Part shown: positions 16,127 to 25,833 of the stretch, in pieces | How positions within the stretch are numbered: position 1 is the stretch's first letter | How the letters are laid out: each line of letters opens with the position of its first letter | From: Xanthobacteraceae bacterium | GTDB lineage: Bacteria; Pseudomonadota; Alphaproteobacteria; Rhizobiales; Xanthobacteraceae | Length of the DNA: 41,902 nt | Assembly: GCA_035317145.1 (NCBI GenBank) | Contig: DATHHM010000312.1 | Span: 1-41,902, forward strand | Reading direction: 5' to 3' | Position numbers and translations under genes: made by a program | The notes under the pieces: generated by a model | Seen by the model: only the letters and a program-made list of their open reading frames with translations | What the model was told of the DNA's origin: nothing | Databases searched by the model: none

Positions 16127-17536
16127 TCAACGCTGATTGCTCATTTGCATGGCGAGTTGCGCCACGGCCCTGCGGTCCGCCTTGCCGCTCGACCCGCTGG
16201 GCAGCGCGTCACGGAAGTGGAAAACGTCCGGCACCTTGAAGCGCTCGGTACGCGCCAGCAGCCAGTCGCGCAAGGTTTTGGCATCCAAGCGGGCGCCGGC
16301 ACGCGTGACGATGACGGCGTGAATGACTTCGCCGAGGCGCTCATCGGCAACGCCGGCGCAGAGCGCCGCGGCAATGTCGGGATGCTCCGCCAGGAGATTG
16401 TCGATCTCGAGCGGCGCGATCTTGTTGCCGCCGCGCGAGATGATGTCCTTGGCGCGCCCGATGAGCGCGACAGCACCGTCCGCCGTCATCCGCGCCAGGT
16501 CGCCGGTCTTGAAATAGCCGCCCTCGAACGAAGCTTCGGTCAGGGCGGGATTATCCAGATAGCCGAGCATGCCGAACGGCGTGCGGATTTGCAGTTCGCC
16601 GGTTTCGCCGGCCGCGACGTCGCCGCCGTCTTTGGCGATCCGGAACATGACGCGCTCGGTCGGATGCCCGATCGTGCCGAAACCTTGCGGCTGACCGGCG
16701 GGGCCGAGATGAAAATCGCACGAGCCGGTTTCGGTCAGGCCATAGAGATCGTGGATCGCCGCGGGCGCAAGCTGCCCCATGTCGTGCGCCAACGCCGGTG
16801 CCAGCACCTCACCGCCGCTGAGCATCGCCCGCAGTTTTGGCGCCGTGACGCCGGGATGAGTCAACAAAGTTCGGAACATCGAAGGGACGCCAGCCAGGAC
16901 GGTTGCTTCCGCGAGGCCACGCGCCATCGACTCCTCGGTGAATTTTGGCACCAGAATGAGCCGCGCACCCTTCATGAGCGTCAACAGGCTCACCCAGAGA
17001 CCGAAGATGAAAACGAGCTGCAGCGGCGACAGCACGACGTCACTCGGCGCGATGTTCAACAGCCGATCGAGAACCGCGAGCTTATCGGCAAGGCGCTGAT
17101 GTCCAATGACGACGCCCTTGGGGTCTCCGGTGCTGCCCGAAGTGAATATGACCAAAGCGGCATCGCGCAGCAGCGCACGATCCGGCGGCGGCGCTTCGCC
17201 GATCGCGTCGAGCCGGTCGCCGTCAAGCAAAAATCGCGCGCGGGATATCCGTTGCACCCGTGCGATGGTCGACGCTGCAGCCAAGGCGTGGATCGGCACG
17301 GCGACGGCACCGGCCTGCCACACGCCGAGCAAGGCGCCGAGATCGGAAGGTCTGTTGCCGATGGTGACATGGACCGGTTCATTTGGCGCGACATGCCGCT
17401 CGGCGAGGGCGTGGCGCACACGCTCTGCAAGGTCCAACAGACTGTCGGCTCGCTGCGATTCGCCGCTGGTGCTTTCGACCGCATGATTGGCCAACTTCAG
17501 CGCATCGCAGAGAATTTCGGCAAGCGCGCCGCTCAT
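16127..17536 (-). CDS. AMP-dependent synthetase/ligase (acyl- or aryl-CoA ligase)
   Basis: FTSGSTGDPKGV, YGLTE, FKTGDLA and GRAKDIISRGGNKIAP motifs. Confidence 0.85.
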   Translation of the reverse strand: MSGALAEILCDALKLANHAVESTSGESQRADSLLDLAERVRHALAERHVAPNEPVHVTIGNRPSDLGALLGVWQAGAVAVPIHALAAASTIARVQRISRARFLLDGDRLDAIGEAPPPDRALLRDAALVIFTSGSTGDPKGVVIGHQRLADKLAVLDRLLNIAPSDVVLSPLQLVFIFGLWVSLLTLMKGARLILVPKFTEESMARGLAEATVLAGVPSMFRTLLTHPGVTAPKLRAMLSGGEVLAPALAHDMGQLAPAAIHDLYGLTETGSCDFHLGPAGQPQGFGTIGHPTERVMFRIAKDGGDVAAGETGELQIRTPFGMLGYLDNPALTEASFEGGYFKTGDLARMTADGAVALIGRAKDIISRGGNKIAPLEIDNLLAEHPDIAAALCAGVADERLGEVIHAVIVTRAGARLDAKTLRDWLLARTERFKVPDVFHFRDALPSGSSGKADRRAVAQLAMQMSNQR

Positions 17537-18360
17537 ACCGTACGGCCCGGGAACCGGGCATCGCGCCAGGCCAGCGCGGCCTTGAGGCCGTCGCGCCGTG
17601 CGATCTCCATGAACTGGATCTTGTCGGGCGAGCCCGCGCCCTCGATCGCCAAGTCGATGGCGAGCCCCTCTTCGAGAGCGTCCAGCATATTGCGTGCTTC
17701 GAAGGACCGATTGATGGCACGCTTGGTTTGTTTGACGAGATTGGGATCGATCGCCGCGATGTGGTTCGCCATGGCAAGCCCAGCGCGATCAAGATCGGCG
17801 GACGCCACGATGCGATTGACCATGCCGATTGCGTGCGCGCGGGCGGCCGGAATCCGGTCCTCGCCGAGCAGGATAATCTCCTTGGCAATCTTGGGACCGA
17901 CCACCCACGGCAATATCAGGGCGACAATGCCGGCGCCGAATTTGAGCTCCGGTTCGCCGAAGAATGCATCCTCCGCCGCGATGGTGATGTCGCAGGCCAG
18001 CGCCAGCTCGCAAGCACCGGCAAGACATGGCCCTCGCACCGTCGCGATGGTCGGCAGCGGGAAATGCCAAAAGCGCATGATGGTGTCGAAATCCTTGCGC
18101 AGGATCGCGCGCCAGGATTCAACACCGGCGGGGCGGCGTTCCATCTGCTCCTTGAGATCAAAACCCGACGAGAAGGCCGCGCCAGCGCCGGTGACGATCA
18201 GCGCGCGCAAGCCGGCATCGTGCTCGATCTCGTCAAGCGCAGTGCTGATCTCGCCAAGCATGGCCGCATTGAGCGCATTGGCACGCTCGGGGCGAGCCAG
18301 TGTAAGGCGCGCAACAGCACCGATCTTTTCGACCGTAATTGTCGAGAAACGTCCGGTCAT
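17533..18360 (-). CDS. Enoyl-CoA hydratase/isomerase (crotonase) family
   Basis: Start moved to ATG 18360 (GAGGG upstream). LTLARPERANALN. ATGA overlap with the downstream ligase gene. Confidence 0.85.
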   Translation of the reverse strand: MTGRFSTITVEKIGAVARLTLARPERANALNAAMLGEISTALDEIEHDAGLRALIVTGAGAAFSSGFDLKEQMERRPAGVESWRAILRKDFDTIMRFWHFPLPTIATVRGPCLAGACELALACDITIAAEDAFFGEPELKFGAGIVALILPWVVGPKIAKEIILLGEDRIPAARAHAIGMVNRIVASADLDRAGLAMANHIAAIDPNLVKQTKRAINRSFEARNMLDALEEGLAIDLAIEGAGSPDKIQFMEIARRDGLKAALAWRDARFPGRTV

Positions 18361-18479
18361 GGGATCGCCCTCACCGCGTCCATTGCATCCCAGCATGGCT
18401 GCCGCGGCCGCGTCCAGGCCGCCAAGCATTGACAAGCCCGGCGCGGCGGCCATCCTGACCGCCGTCCTTGGAGTATCCC

Positions 18480-19961
18480 ATGAACCAGCACAGTAATATC
18501 AAGGCCGCGATCGGCTACGACGACTTACGCGAATGGCTTTCGGCTGCTGAAGCGCTCGGCGAGGTCAAGAACGTCAAGGGCGCCAGCTGGCAGGAAGATA
18601 TCGGGCTTGCCGCCGAGGCCATCCTGCGCGCCGAGGACGGGCCGTGCGTGGTGTTCGACGACGTCCCCGGCTGCCCGAAGGGCTTTCGCGTGCTGCTCAA
18701 CATGTTCGCCGGTACCCGGCGCAACATGACGCTGGGCTTTCCCGATCACCTCAACAAGTGGGAATTGAGCGACGCTTATCGCGAAGCCTATTTGGTGGAC
18801 CCGAAATTGCTTCCGCATGAGATCGTCGACGACGGCCCGGTACTGGAAAACGTGCTCACCGGCGACGCCATCGACGTGACCAAATTCCCGTCGCCGATCT
18901 GGCACGAGAAGGACGGCGGCCGCTACATCGGCACCGGCACCTACAGCATCACCCGCGACCCGGAGGAGAACTGGCTCAATGCCGGCGCCTACCGCGCCAT
19001 GGTGCACGACAAGACGTCGGTCGGCTTCGTCACCGCGCGCGGCCACCACGGCTATATCCATCGCGAGAAATATTGGGCGCGCGGCGAAGCTATGCCCGTC
19101 GTGATGGTGCTCGGCGGCGATCCGCTGGCGTTCTTCTACGGCGGCGTCGAGGCGCCCTACGGCACATTTGAATTGGACATCGTCGGCGGCATGCGCGGCC
19201 GGCCAACCAAGATGGTGCGCGGCAAGGTCACCGGCCTGCCCTTTCCGGCCAATGCCGAGATCGTGCTCGAAGGTTTCGTCACGCCCGACAAGCGCAAGGA
19301 CGAAGGCCCGTTCGGCGAATGGACCGGGCATTATGCCGGCGGCAGGCGGCCGATCCCGGTGCTGGATATCGCCGCCATCTATCACCGTAACGATCCGATC
19401 CTGGTCGGCGTGCCGCCGATGGGCGGCGGGCCGGACGAGATGGCGCGCTATCGCGCTGTGATGCGCTCGGCGATGATCCGGCAGAACATGACCAACGCGG
19501 GCGTGCCCGGCGTGCAGCAGGTGTGGTGCCACGAGGTCGGCGGCGCGCGGATGCTGCACGCTGTCTCGATCACGCAGCGCTATCCCGGCCATGCCGTGCA
19601 GGCCGCCCACGTCGCGGCGCAATGCGGCGCCTCGGCCTATGCGTCGAAATACATCGTGGTGTGCGACGACGACGTCGATGTCACCAATCTCGACCAGATG
19701 CTGTGGGCGATGCTGACGCGCACTGATCCGAAAGAGTCGATCCAGTTCATCACCGGCTCATGGGATTCCAGCGCCGACCCGGCGATCCCGCCGGAGCGCC
19801 GCGCCGCCGGCGACTTCACGCACTCGGTGGCCCTGATCAACGCCTGCAAGCCGTGGCACTGGCGCGAAAAATTTCCGCCGAGCAATGCGCCGAGCCCGGA
19901 AGTCGCCAAGAAGGCGCGGGAAAAGTTTGGTTGGTTGCTCGATGGAAAGAAATCGTCATGA
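18480..19961 (+). CDS. UbiD-family (prenyl-FMN dependent) decarboxylase
   Basis: About 493 aa. ATG 18480 after GGAG (the track ORF begins at an upstream TTG). UbiD-type sequence throughout (GGRYIGTG, GPFGEWTGHY). Confidence 0.9.
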   Translation: MNQHSNIKAAIGYDDLREWLSAAEALGEVKNVKGASWQEDIGLAAEAILRAEDGPCVVFDDVPGCPKGFRVLLNMFAGTRRNMTLGFPDHLNKWELSDAYREAYLVDPKLLPHEIVDDGPVLENVLTGDAIDVTKFPSPIWHEKDGGRYIGTGTYSITRDPEENWLNAGAYRAMVHDKTSVGFVTARGHHGYIHREKYWARGEAMPVVMVLGGDPLAFFYGGVEAPYGTFELDIVGGMRGRPTKMVRGKVTGLPFPANAEIVLEGFVTPDKRKDEGPFGEWTGHYAGGRRPIPVLDIAAIYHRNDPILVGVPPMGGGPDEMARYRAVMRSAMIRQNMTNAGVPGVQQVWCHEVGGARMLHAVSITQRYPGHAVQAAHVAAQCGASAYASKYIVVCDDDVDVTNLDQMLWAMLTRTDPKESIQFITGSWDSSADPAIPPERRAAGDFTHSVALINACKPWHWREKFPPSNAPSPEVAKKAREKFGWLLDGKKSS

Positions 19962-20881
19962 AGCTTGCAGTCCCGGATAAAATTTCGCCGTCCTATTTCG
20001 TTGCTGAGGCCGCGGTCGAGCTCGGTTTCTTCAAGGCCGAAGGGCTCGATGTCTCGCTCGAGCTGGTTTACCCCGTCGACAAGGCCTACGAAGCGCTGCG
20101 CGACGGCAAGATCGATTTCGTCGGCGGCGCGGCGCATGCGGTGCCGGCGGCGTTTCCCGGCTACAAGGGCGCCAAGCTGATCGCGGCCCAAGCCCAGGGC
20201 ATGTACTGGTTTCTGGTGATGCGCTCCGATCTCGGCGCCAAGCGCGGCGATCTCAGCGTCGTCAAGGACCGCACCATCGGCGCCGCGCCATGGGTCAATA
20301 CCGGCCTGCGCGGACTGCTGATAGCGGCCGGCATCGATCTCGAACGCGACAAGGTCAACATCGCACCCGTGCCGGGCCTTATCGGCGACGTGCCAAATTT
20401 CGGCGTCATGGCCTCCAAGGCGCTCGAAGACCGCAAGCTCGACGGTTTTTGGGCCAATGGCATGGGCGCGGAAGTCGCGGTGCGCGGCGGTTACGGCACC
20501 GTTGTCATCGACGCCCGCCGCGGCGACGGACCGAAAGAATGCTTCAATTTCACGGCGCCGGCCATCACCGCGTCGGACGAGCTGATCGCACGTTCCCCCG
20601 AAAAGGTTGCCGCGGCGGTGCGCGCCATCGCCAAGACGCAGGCCGCGTTGAAAGCCGATGTGTCGCGCGCCGGCGAAGTTGGACGAAAGTTGTTTCCGCC
20701 GGCCGAGGCCGGGCTCATCACCGAGCTGATCCGCCGCGACCTGCCCTACTACGACGCCACGCTGTCGCGCGAATTCATTGCCGGCATGACGGCGTTTCTG
20801 CGCAGCCAGGGCGTGCTCGACGGCGATGTGCCGTACGAGCAGATCGTCGCCACACAATTCGCGCCGCTTTGGAGGGGCTAG
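19958..20881 (+). CDS. Cytoplasmic NMT1/PBP-type-2-fold protein (no signal peptide)
   Basis: ATG 19958 overlaps the UbiD stop (ATGA). MKLAVPDKISPSYFVAEAAVELGFFKAEGLDV.. resembles NitT/TauT-type binding proteins but lacks an export signal. Confidence 0.6.
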   Translation: MKLAVPDKISPSYFVAEAAVELGFFKAEGLDVSLELVYPVDKAYEALRDGKIDFVGGAAHAVPAAFPGYKGAKLIAAQAQGMYWFLVMRSDLGAKRGDLSVVKDRTIGAAPWVNTGLRGLLIAAGIDLERDKVNIAPVPGLIGDVPNFGVMASKALEDRKLDGFWANGMGAEVAVRGGYGTVVIDARRGDGPKECFNFTAPAITASDELIARSPEKVAAAVRAIAKTQAALKADVSRAGEVGRKLFPPAEAGLITELIRRDLPYYDATLSREFIAGMTAFLRSQGVLDGDVPYEQIVATQFAPLWRG

Positions 20882-20885
20882 AATC

Positions 20886-22400
20886 GTGAACCTGGCGCTG
20901 TGGCTCCATCGCGCGGGATTGAGCCATGGCGATCGGCCGGCGCTGGGATTGGGTTCGCGGATCATCAAGAATTATGGCGACGTTGCCGCACGCGCTTCGA
21001 AACTTGCGGCGTCACTTAGGCATCGCTTCGGCCTAAAACCCGGCGAGCGTGTCGCCATCGCGGCGAAGAACTGCCCCGACTATGTCGAGTTGATGTTCGG
21101 CATCTGGCATGCGGGGCTAGCCGCGGTGCCGGCCAACGCCAAACTGCACGGCCGCGAGCTCGGCTATATTTTGCAGCACTCCGGCGCCCGCATCTGCTTC
21201 GCTTCCGACGGGCTCGATGCCGAGATCGCGCCGCACGCGCCGCCGACACTGGAACGCCTGATCGTGATCGGCAGCCGCGATTACGAGGCGCTGTTCTCTG
21301 CAGATCCGATCGCCCCGTGGCCGTGCAAGGGCGATGATCTCGCGTGGCTGTTCTACACCTCCGGCACCACCGGCCGGCCGAAGGGCGCCATGCTCACCCA
21401 TCGCGTGCTCGCGGCGGCAAGCTTCGCTTACGCCAGCGAGGTCAATCCCATCGCGCCCGGCAGTCCGCTCCTGCATGCCGCGCCGATGAGCCACGGCTCC
21501 GGCCTTTACATGATGGCGCATGTGGCGCGGCTCGGCATCAACGTGGTGCCGGAATCGAGCGGTTTTGAAGCCGACGAAGTGATGCAGTTGATCGACGCTT
21601 GGCCGGGCACGTCGATGTTCGCCGCGCCGACCATGGTCAAGCGGTTGGTCGACTGCCCCGCGTCGTGCGACCCCAATCATATCAGGACCATCGTCTGGGG
21701 CGGCGCGCCGATGTATGTCGCCGATGCGCGCGCCGCCATCGATCGCTTCGGTCCGCGTTTCGCGCAAATCTACGGTCAGGGCGAAAGCCCGATGACCATC
21801 ACCACCTTGTCGAAGCAAGAGATCGCCGACCGCGATCATCCGCGCTGGGCCGAACGGCTAGGCTCCGCCGGCCGGCCCTTCGGCTGCCTCGAAGTGATGA
21901 TCGCCGACGGCGACGATCGCGCGTTGCCAACCGGCGAGACCGGCGAAATTTTGTGCCGCGGCGACGTGGTGATGCCGGGCTACTGGGCCAATCCCGAGGC
22001 GTCGGCGGCGACGCTGCGCGGCGGCTGGCTGCATACCGGCGACGTCGGCGCGTTCGATGCCGAAGGCTATCTGACGCTCAAGGACCGCTCCAAGGACGTC
22101 ATCATTTCCGGCGGCTCCAATATCTATCCGCGCGAGGTCGAGGAAATCCTGCTCGAGCACACGAGCGTCCGCGAAGTGTCGGTGATCGGACGGCCCGATC
22201 CGCAATGGGGCGAGGTCGTCGTTGCTTACGTGGTCGGCGATGCCGATCGCGACGAGCTCGATGCGCTGTGCCTCAACGGCATTGCCAGATTCAAACGGCC
22301 GAAGGATTATGTGTTCGTCAGCACGCTGCCGAAAAACAATTACGGCAAAATCCTCAAGACTGAGCTGCGCGAGCTCGACGCCAAGACAATGAAAAACTGA
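20886..22400 (+). CDS. AMP-dependent synthetase/ligase (acyl-CoA synthetase)
   Basis: GTG 20886 after GGAGGGG. YTSGTTGRPKGAMLTH, GQGESP, TGDVGAFDAEGYLTLKDRSKDVIISGGSNIYPREVE. Confidence 0.85.
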   Translation: MNLALWLHRAGLSHGDRPALGLGSRIIKNYGDVAARASKLAASLRHRFGLKPGERVAIAAKNCPDYVELMFGIWHAGLAAVPANAKLHGRELGYILQHSGARICFASDGLDAEIAPHAPPTLERLIVIGSRDYEALFSADPIAPWPCKGDDLAWLFYTSGTTGRPKGAMLTHRVLAAASFAYASEVNPIAPGSPLLHAAPMSHGSGLYMMAHVARLGINVVPESSGFEADEVMQLIDAWPGTSMFAAPTMVKRLVDCPASCDPNHIRTIVWGGAPMYVADARAAIDRFGPRFAQIYGQGESPMTITTLSKQEIADRDHPRWAERLGSAGRPFGCLEVMIADGDDRALPTGETGEILCRGDVVMPGYWANPEASAATLRGGWLHTGDVGAFDAEGYLTLKDRSKDVIISGGSNIYPREVEEILLEHTSVREVSVIGRPDPQWGEVVVAYVVGDADRDELDALCLNGIARFKRPKDYVFVSTLPKNNYGKILKTELRELDAKTMKN

Positions 22401-22423
22401 ATCGCTGAAACGGGAGTACGGCC

Positions 22424-23230
22424 ATGGCCGATCGGCTCAAAGGCAAGGTGGCGCTCGTCGTCGGCGCGGGCTCGATCGGGCCGGGATGGGGCAACGGCAA
22501 GGCCACCGCGGTGGCGTTTGCGCGCGAGGGCGCGCGCGTATTCTGCGCCGACATCAATCCGGCCGCGGCCGAAGAGACCGCCAAAATCATAAAGGACGAA
22601 GGCGGCCAAGGGGCGGCGCATCGCGCTGACGTCAGCAAGGCCGCCGATGTCGCCGCGATGGTCGAAGCCTGCGTCTCGGCTTTCGGCCGCATCGACGTGC
22701 TCGACAACAATGTCGGCATTGCCGTGGTCGGCGGCGTCGTCGAGCTTGCGGAAGCCGATTGGGATCGCGTCTTCGCCGTCAATCTCAAGAGCGCCTACCT
22801 GACGATGAAGCACGTCATCCCGGTCATGGAACGGCAGGGCGGCGGCTCGATCATCAACATCTCCTCGATCGCATCGATCCGCTACACCGGCGTGCCTTAC
22901 GCGACTTATTACGCCACCAAGGCCGCGCTCAATCAGCTCACCAAAACCACCGCGGTCGAATATGCGGCCAAGCGGATCAGGGTGAACGCGATCCTGCCGG
23001 GGCTGATGAAGACGCCGATGGTCGAGCACAGCGCGGGGCTGGCCAAGAGCTATGCCGGCGGCGACGTCGAGGAAATGTGGCGCGCCCGCGACCGTCAGGT
23101 GCCGATGGGTTTTGGTGGCGACGCCTGGGACGTCGCCTGGGCGGCGGTGTACCTGGCGAGCGACGAGAGCCGCTATGTCACTGGCCTCGAGCTGGTCGTC
23201 GACGGCGGCATCACGCTCAAATATGTTTGA
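22424..23230 (+). CDS. Short-chain dehydrogenase/reductase (SDR)
   Basis: GKVALVVGAGSIGPGWG cofactor motif, NNVG, and catalytic YxxxK (YYATK). Confidence 0.9.
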   Translation: MADRLKGKVALVVGAGSIGPGWGNGKATAVAFAREGARVFCADINPAAAEETAKIIKDEGGQGAAHRADVSKAADVAAMVEACVSAFGRIDVLDNNVGIAVVGGVVELAEADWDRVFAVNLKSAYLTMKHVIPVMERQGGGSIINISSIASIRYTGVPYATYYATKAALNQLTKTTAVEYAAKRIRVNAILPGLMKTPMVEHSAGLAKSYAGGDVEEMWRARDRQVPMGFGGDAWDVAWAAVYLASDESRYVTGLELVVDGGITLKYV

Positions 23231-23240
23231 ACCGCGCCGC

Positions 23241-25568
23241 TTACCAGGCGCCGGCGGTAAATTGCAGACGCTGCGTCACGTCGTAAGGCTGCTTGGCGAA
23301 CGGGAAGGCGTAATCGACGCGCAGCGGCCCGAACATCGAATCCCAGATCAAGCTGCCGCCGGCCGAAGCGCGGATCGCATGCGAATTGGCGATCTGCTGT
23401 GACGGGGACAGCGCGTTCAGATTCGACACGCTCGAAGCGCCATTGGCCCACAGGCTGCCGACGTCAGAGAACAAGGCCATTTTCAATTGCGCCTCCGCCG
23501 GAACCAACGGCACCGGCGCCTGCAACTCGGCCGATGAGGTCCAATAGACGTTGCCGCCGACATTATCCATCGTCGTGCCGGGGGTGATGTCGCGCGGGCC
23601 AAAACCGTTGGGCGCGAAACCGCGAACGAGCTGTGGTCCGCCGAAGAAGCCGTTGATCAGCGGCAATGGCTGGCCGCCCCATGGCGTGATGTAGCCGCCC
23701 TGCGTCCGCACCATGCCGACCACGTCGCCGACGATCGGGTGGTAGTAGCGCATATCCTCGGTGGTGCGCGCGAATTTTGTGGCGCCGCCGAGCCCGGCAA
23801 AATCGTTGTTGGTCTGGACGCGGACACCGTCGGTCGGATGCCGGGCATCGTCGAGCGTGGAATAGACCAGGCTGTTGCCGACGGAAGAGACCCACGACGG
23901 CCCGGCCTGTGCCGCCTGCTGGATCGGCAGCGAGGCGGCGGTTCCCGCAGGCAACGATACGCCTTGATTGTAGATCGAGTAATTCCACGTCACACCGAGC
24001 TGGTCGCTGAACGGCGTGCCGAGCAGCAGTTTGGCGCCGTAGAGCGAGGTGTCGTAGGACTGATTGCTGTTGGCGAATGTCTGCTTGCCGAACAGCTCGC
24101 CGCCGAGCGAGACCCGCGGGCCAAGCGCATAGGGGTCGGTGAAGGCGAGATCGAAGCCGCGGGCATATTGGCCGTACATCACCGAGGCCTTGGCGATGTC
24201 GCCGGTGCCGAGGAAATTCCTGTCGCTGATGCTGAGCTGCGCCAGCCAGCCGTCGGTCGTGGAATAGCCGCCGGCGATGGAGAAATCGCCGGTCTTCTGG
24301 TCTTCGACCGCGACGTCGAGAACGACACGATCGGGCGCCGAGCCGGGCTTGGTATCGATCTTCACCGACTTGAAATAGCCGAGCGCCTTGAGATGGCGCT
24401 CGCCGCGGTCGACCAGGGCACGGTTATAGGCGTCGCCCTCGCCGAAATCGAATTCGCGGCGGATCACTTCATCGCGGGTCTTGGTATTGCCGCGGATCTC
24501 GATGCGCTCGACGTAGAGCCGTTTGCCCTGGTCGATGGTGTAGACGAGGTTGATCAGGTGGCGATCCGCCAGGCGGCTGGTTCGCACCGACACATTGGCG
24601 AACGGCTCGCGGCTTTTGGCGAGCTGCATCGCCAGATCGCCGACGGTCTTGTCCACCGCGTCGGCGTCATAGACTTCGCCGGATTGCGTGCGCAGATATT
24701 GCATCAGCTCCGGCGCGGCGACGGTCTTCAGGCGCGAGTCGATATCGACCTTGCCGAAGCGATATTGCGGGCCTTCGTCGATCTTGAAGACGACGACGAC
24801 GCCCGCCTTGTCGACGTCGTAGCTCGACGAGGCAATGACGTGGACGTCGTCGTAGCCGTGGGCGTGATAGAATTTGCGCAAGAGATCGCCGTCGTTCTCG
24901 ACCTTGTCGGGATCATAGCTGTCGTTGTCGAGCGCAAAGCTCAAGGGATTGGTGACGCCGGTCTTGACCACGCCGCTGAGCTTGTTGCGCGGAAAAGCTG
25001 AGTTGCCGGCGAACACGATCTGGCGGACCCCAAGCTTTTCGTTTTCCTTGATCTCGAAGACGAGATTGACCCTGTCTTCCTTGAGCTTGATCGTCTTCGG
25101 CACGACGCGCGTCTCGAAATAGCCGCGCAGGCGATAAAACGCACCGATGCGCTCGACGTCGCTCTGCACGAAGGCGCGCCACAGCGGGCCGCTTTCCTTC
25201 GACTGCAAATCCTTCTTGAGATCGGCATCCTTGATCTTGTGGTTGCCCTCGAAAGCGATGCGGACGAGGGTCGGGTTCTCGACGACCGACACAAACACGG
25301 CGTCGCCGTCGTGCGAGATTTTCACGTTCTGGAACAGCCCGGTGGCGTACAGCCGTTTCAGCACCGCATCGAGCGCGGCCGCATCAAGCTTGCCGTCCGC
25401 CGCGGGGTGAAAATACGCGCGGATGGTATCGGCCCCGACATGCCGGTTGCCCGTCACCGTGATCGCGGAATCCTTCGCCCCCGCCGCGGCCGCATTGGCA
25501 CACGTCGCGATCAGAAGACATACCGACAGAACTGCCGAAAGAATGGCGGCTGATCCCCGGCCGTCCAT
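23241..25568 (-). CDS. Omp85/BamA-family outer-membrane protein (POTRA repeats plus beta-barrel)
   Basis: Signal peptide from ATG 25568. ITVTGNRHVGADTIRAYF POTRA1 signature, repeated POTRA-like segments, C-terminal barrel ending FTAGAW. Confidence 0.85.
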   Translation of the reverse strand: MDGRGSAAILSAVLSVCLLIATCANAAAAGAKDSAITVTGNRHVGADTIRAYFHPAADGKLDAAALDAVLKRLYATGLFQNVKISHDGDAVFVSVVENPTLVRIAFEGNHKIKDADLKKDLQSKESGPLWRAFVQSDVERIGAFYRLRGYFETRVVPKTIKLKEDRVNLVFEIKENEKLGVRQIVFAGNSAFPRNKLSGVVKTGVTNPLSFALDNDSYDPDKVENDGDLLRKFYHAHGYDDVHVIASSSYDVDKAGVVVVFKIDEGPQYRFGKVDIDSRLKTVAAPELMQYLRTQSGEVYDADAVDKTVGDLAMQLAKSREPFANVSVRTSRLADRHLINLVYTIDQGKRLYVERIEIRGNTKTRDEVIRREFDFGEGDAYNRALVDRGERHLKALGYFKSVKIDTKPGSAPDRVVLDVAVEDQKTGDFSIAGGYSTTDGWLAQLSISDRNFLGTGDIAKASVMYGQYARGFDLAFTDPYALGPRVSLGGELFGKQTFANSNQSYDTSLYGAKLLLGTPFSDQLGVTWNYSIYNQGVSLPAGTAASLPIQQAAQAGPSWVSSVGNSLVYSTLDDARHPTDGVRVQTNNDFAGLGGATKFARTTEDMRYYHPIVGDVVGMVRTQGGYITPWGGQPLPLINGFFGGPQLVRGFAPNGFGPRDITPGTTMDNVGGNVYWTSSAELQAPVPLVPAEAQLKMALFSDVGSLWANGASSVSNLNALSPSQQIANSHAIRASAGGSLIWDSMFGPLRVDYAFPFAKQPYDVTQRLQFTAGAW

Positions 25569-25693
25569 TGCCACACCCCGCGACCCCACAGGCCAAACGC
25601 CATCACATCCGGCCGCGGCGGCGGGATCGTGACCGATTGTGTCGGAATCTGAGGTATTGTTGGGGCGTTTGCCGTAATGGTTTACGCTTAACT

Positions 25694-25750
25694 TTCCGCC
25701 CCCGCGATAGCGGGGGAGGGGACCACCCGAAGGGTGGTGGAGGGGGCGCC
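25694..25750. repeat. GC-rich nested-hairpin element, copy 1
   Basis: ttccgcccccgcgatagcgggggaggggaccacccgaagggtggtggagggggcgcc. Internal hairpins cccccgc/gcggggg and ccaccc/gggtgg. Confidence 0.65.
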
Positions 25751-25833
25751 TGACTCACCGCGTCGTTGCCGTTTCAAGGCAATCAACGTTGGCGCCGACA
25801 TCTCCTTGAATCGCTTACATCGCGTTGAGGCCC

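Noticed and set aside
14642-18496. 1284-aa plus-strand ORF, the longest in the track
   Set aside because: It is antisense to three minus-strand genes with clear family motifs (alpha/beta hydrolase, AMP-ligase, crotonase). Its product is Arg/Ala/Gly-rich low complexity with no recognisable domain. This is a typical stop-free antisense frame in high-GC DNA.
19637-20968. 443-aa minus-strand ORF
   Set aside because: It is antisense to the UbiD 3' end and the PBP-fold gene. There are no motifs, and the plus-strand genes are translationally coupled with good RBSs.
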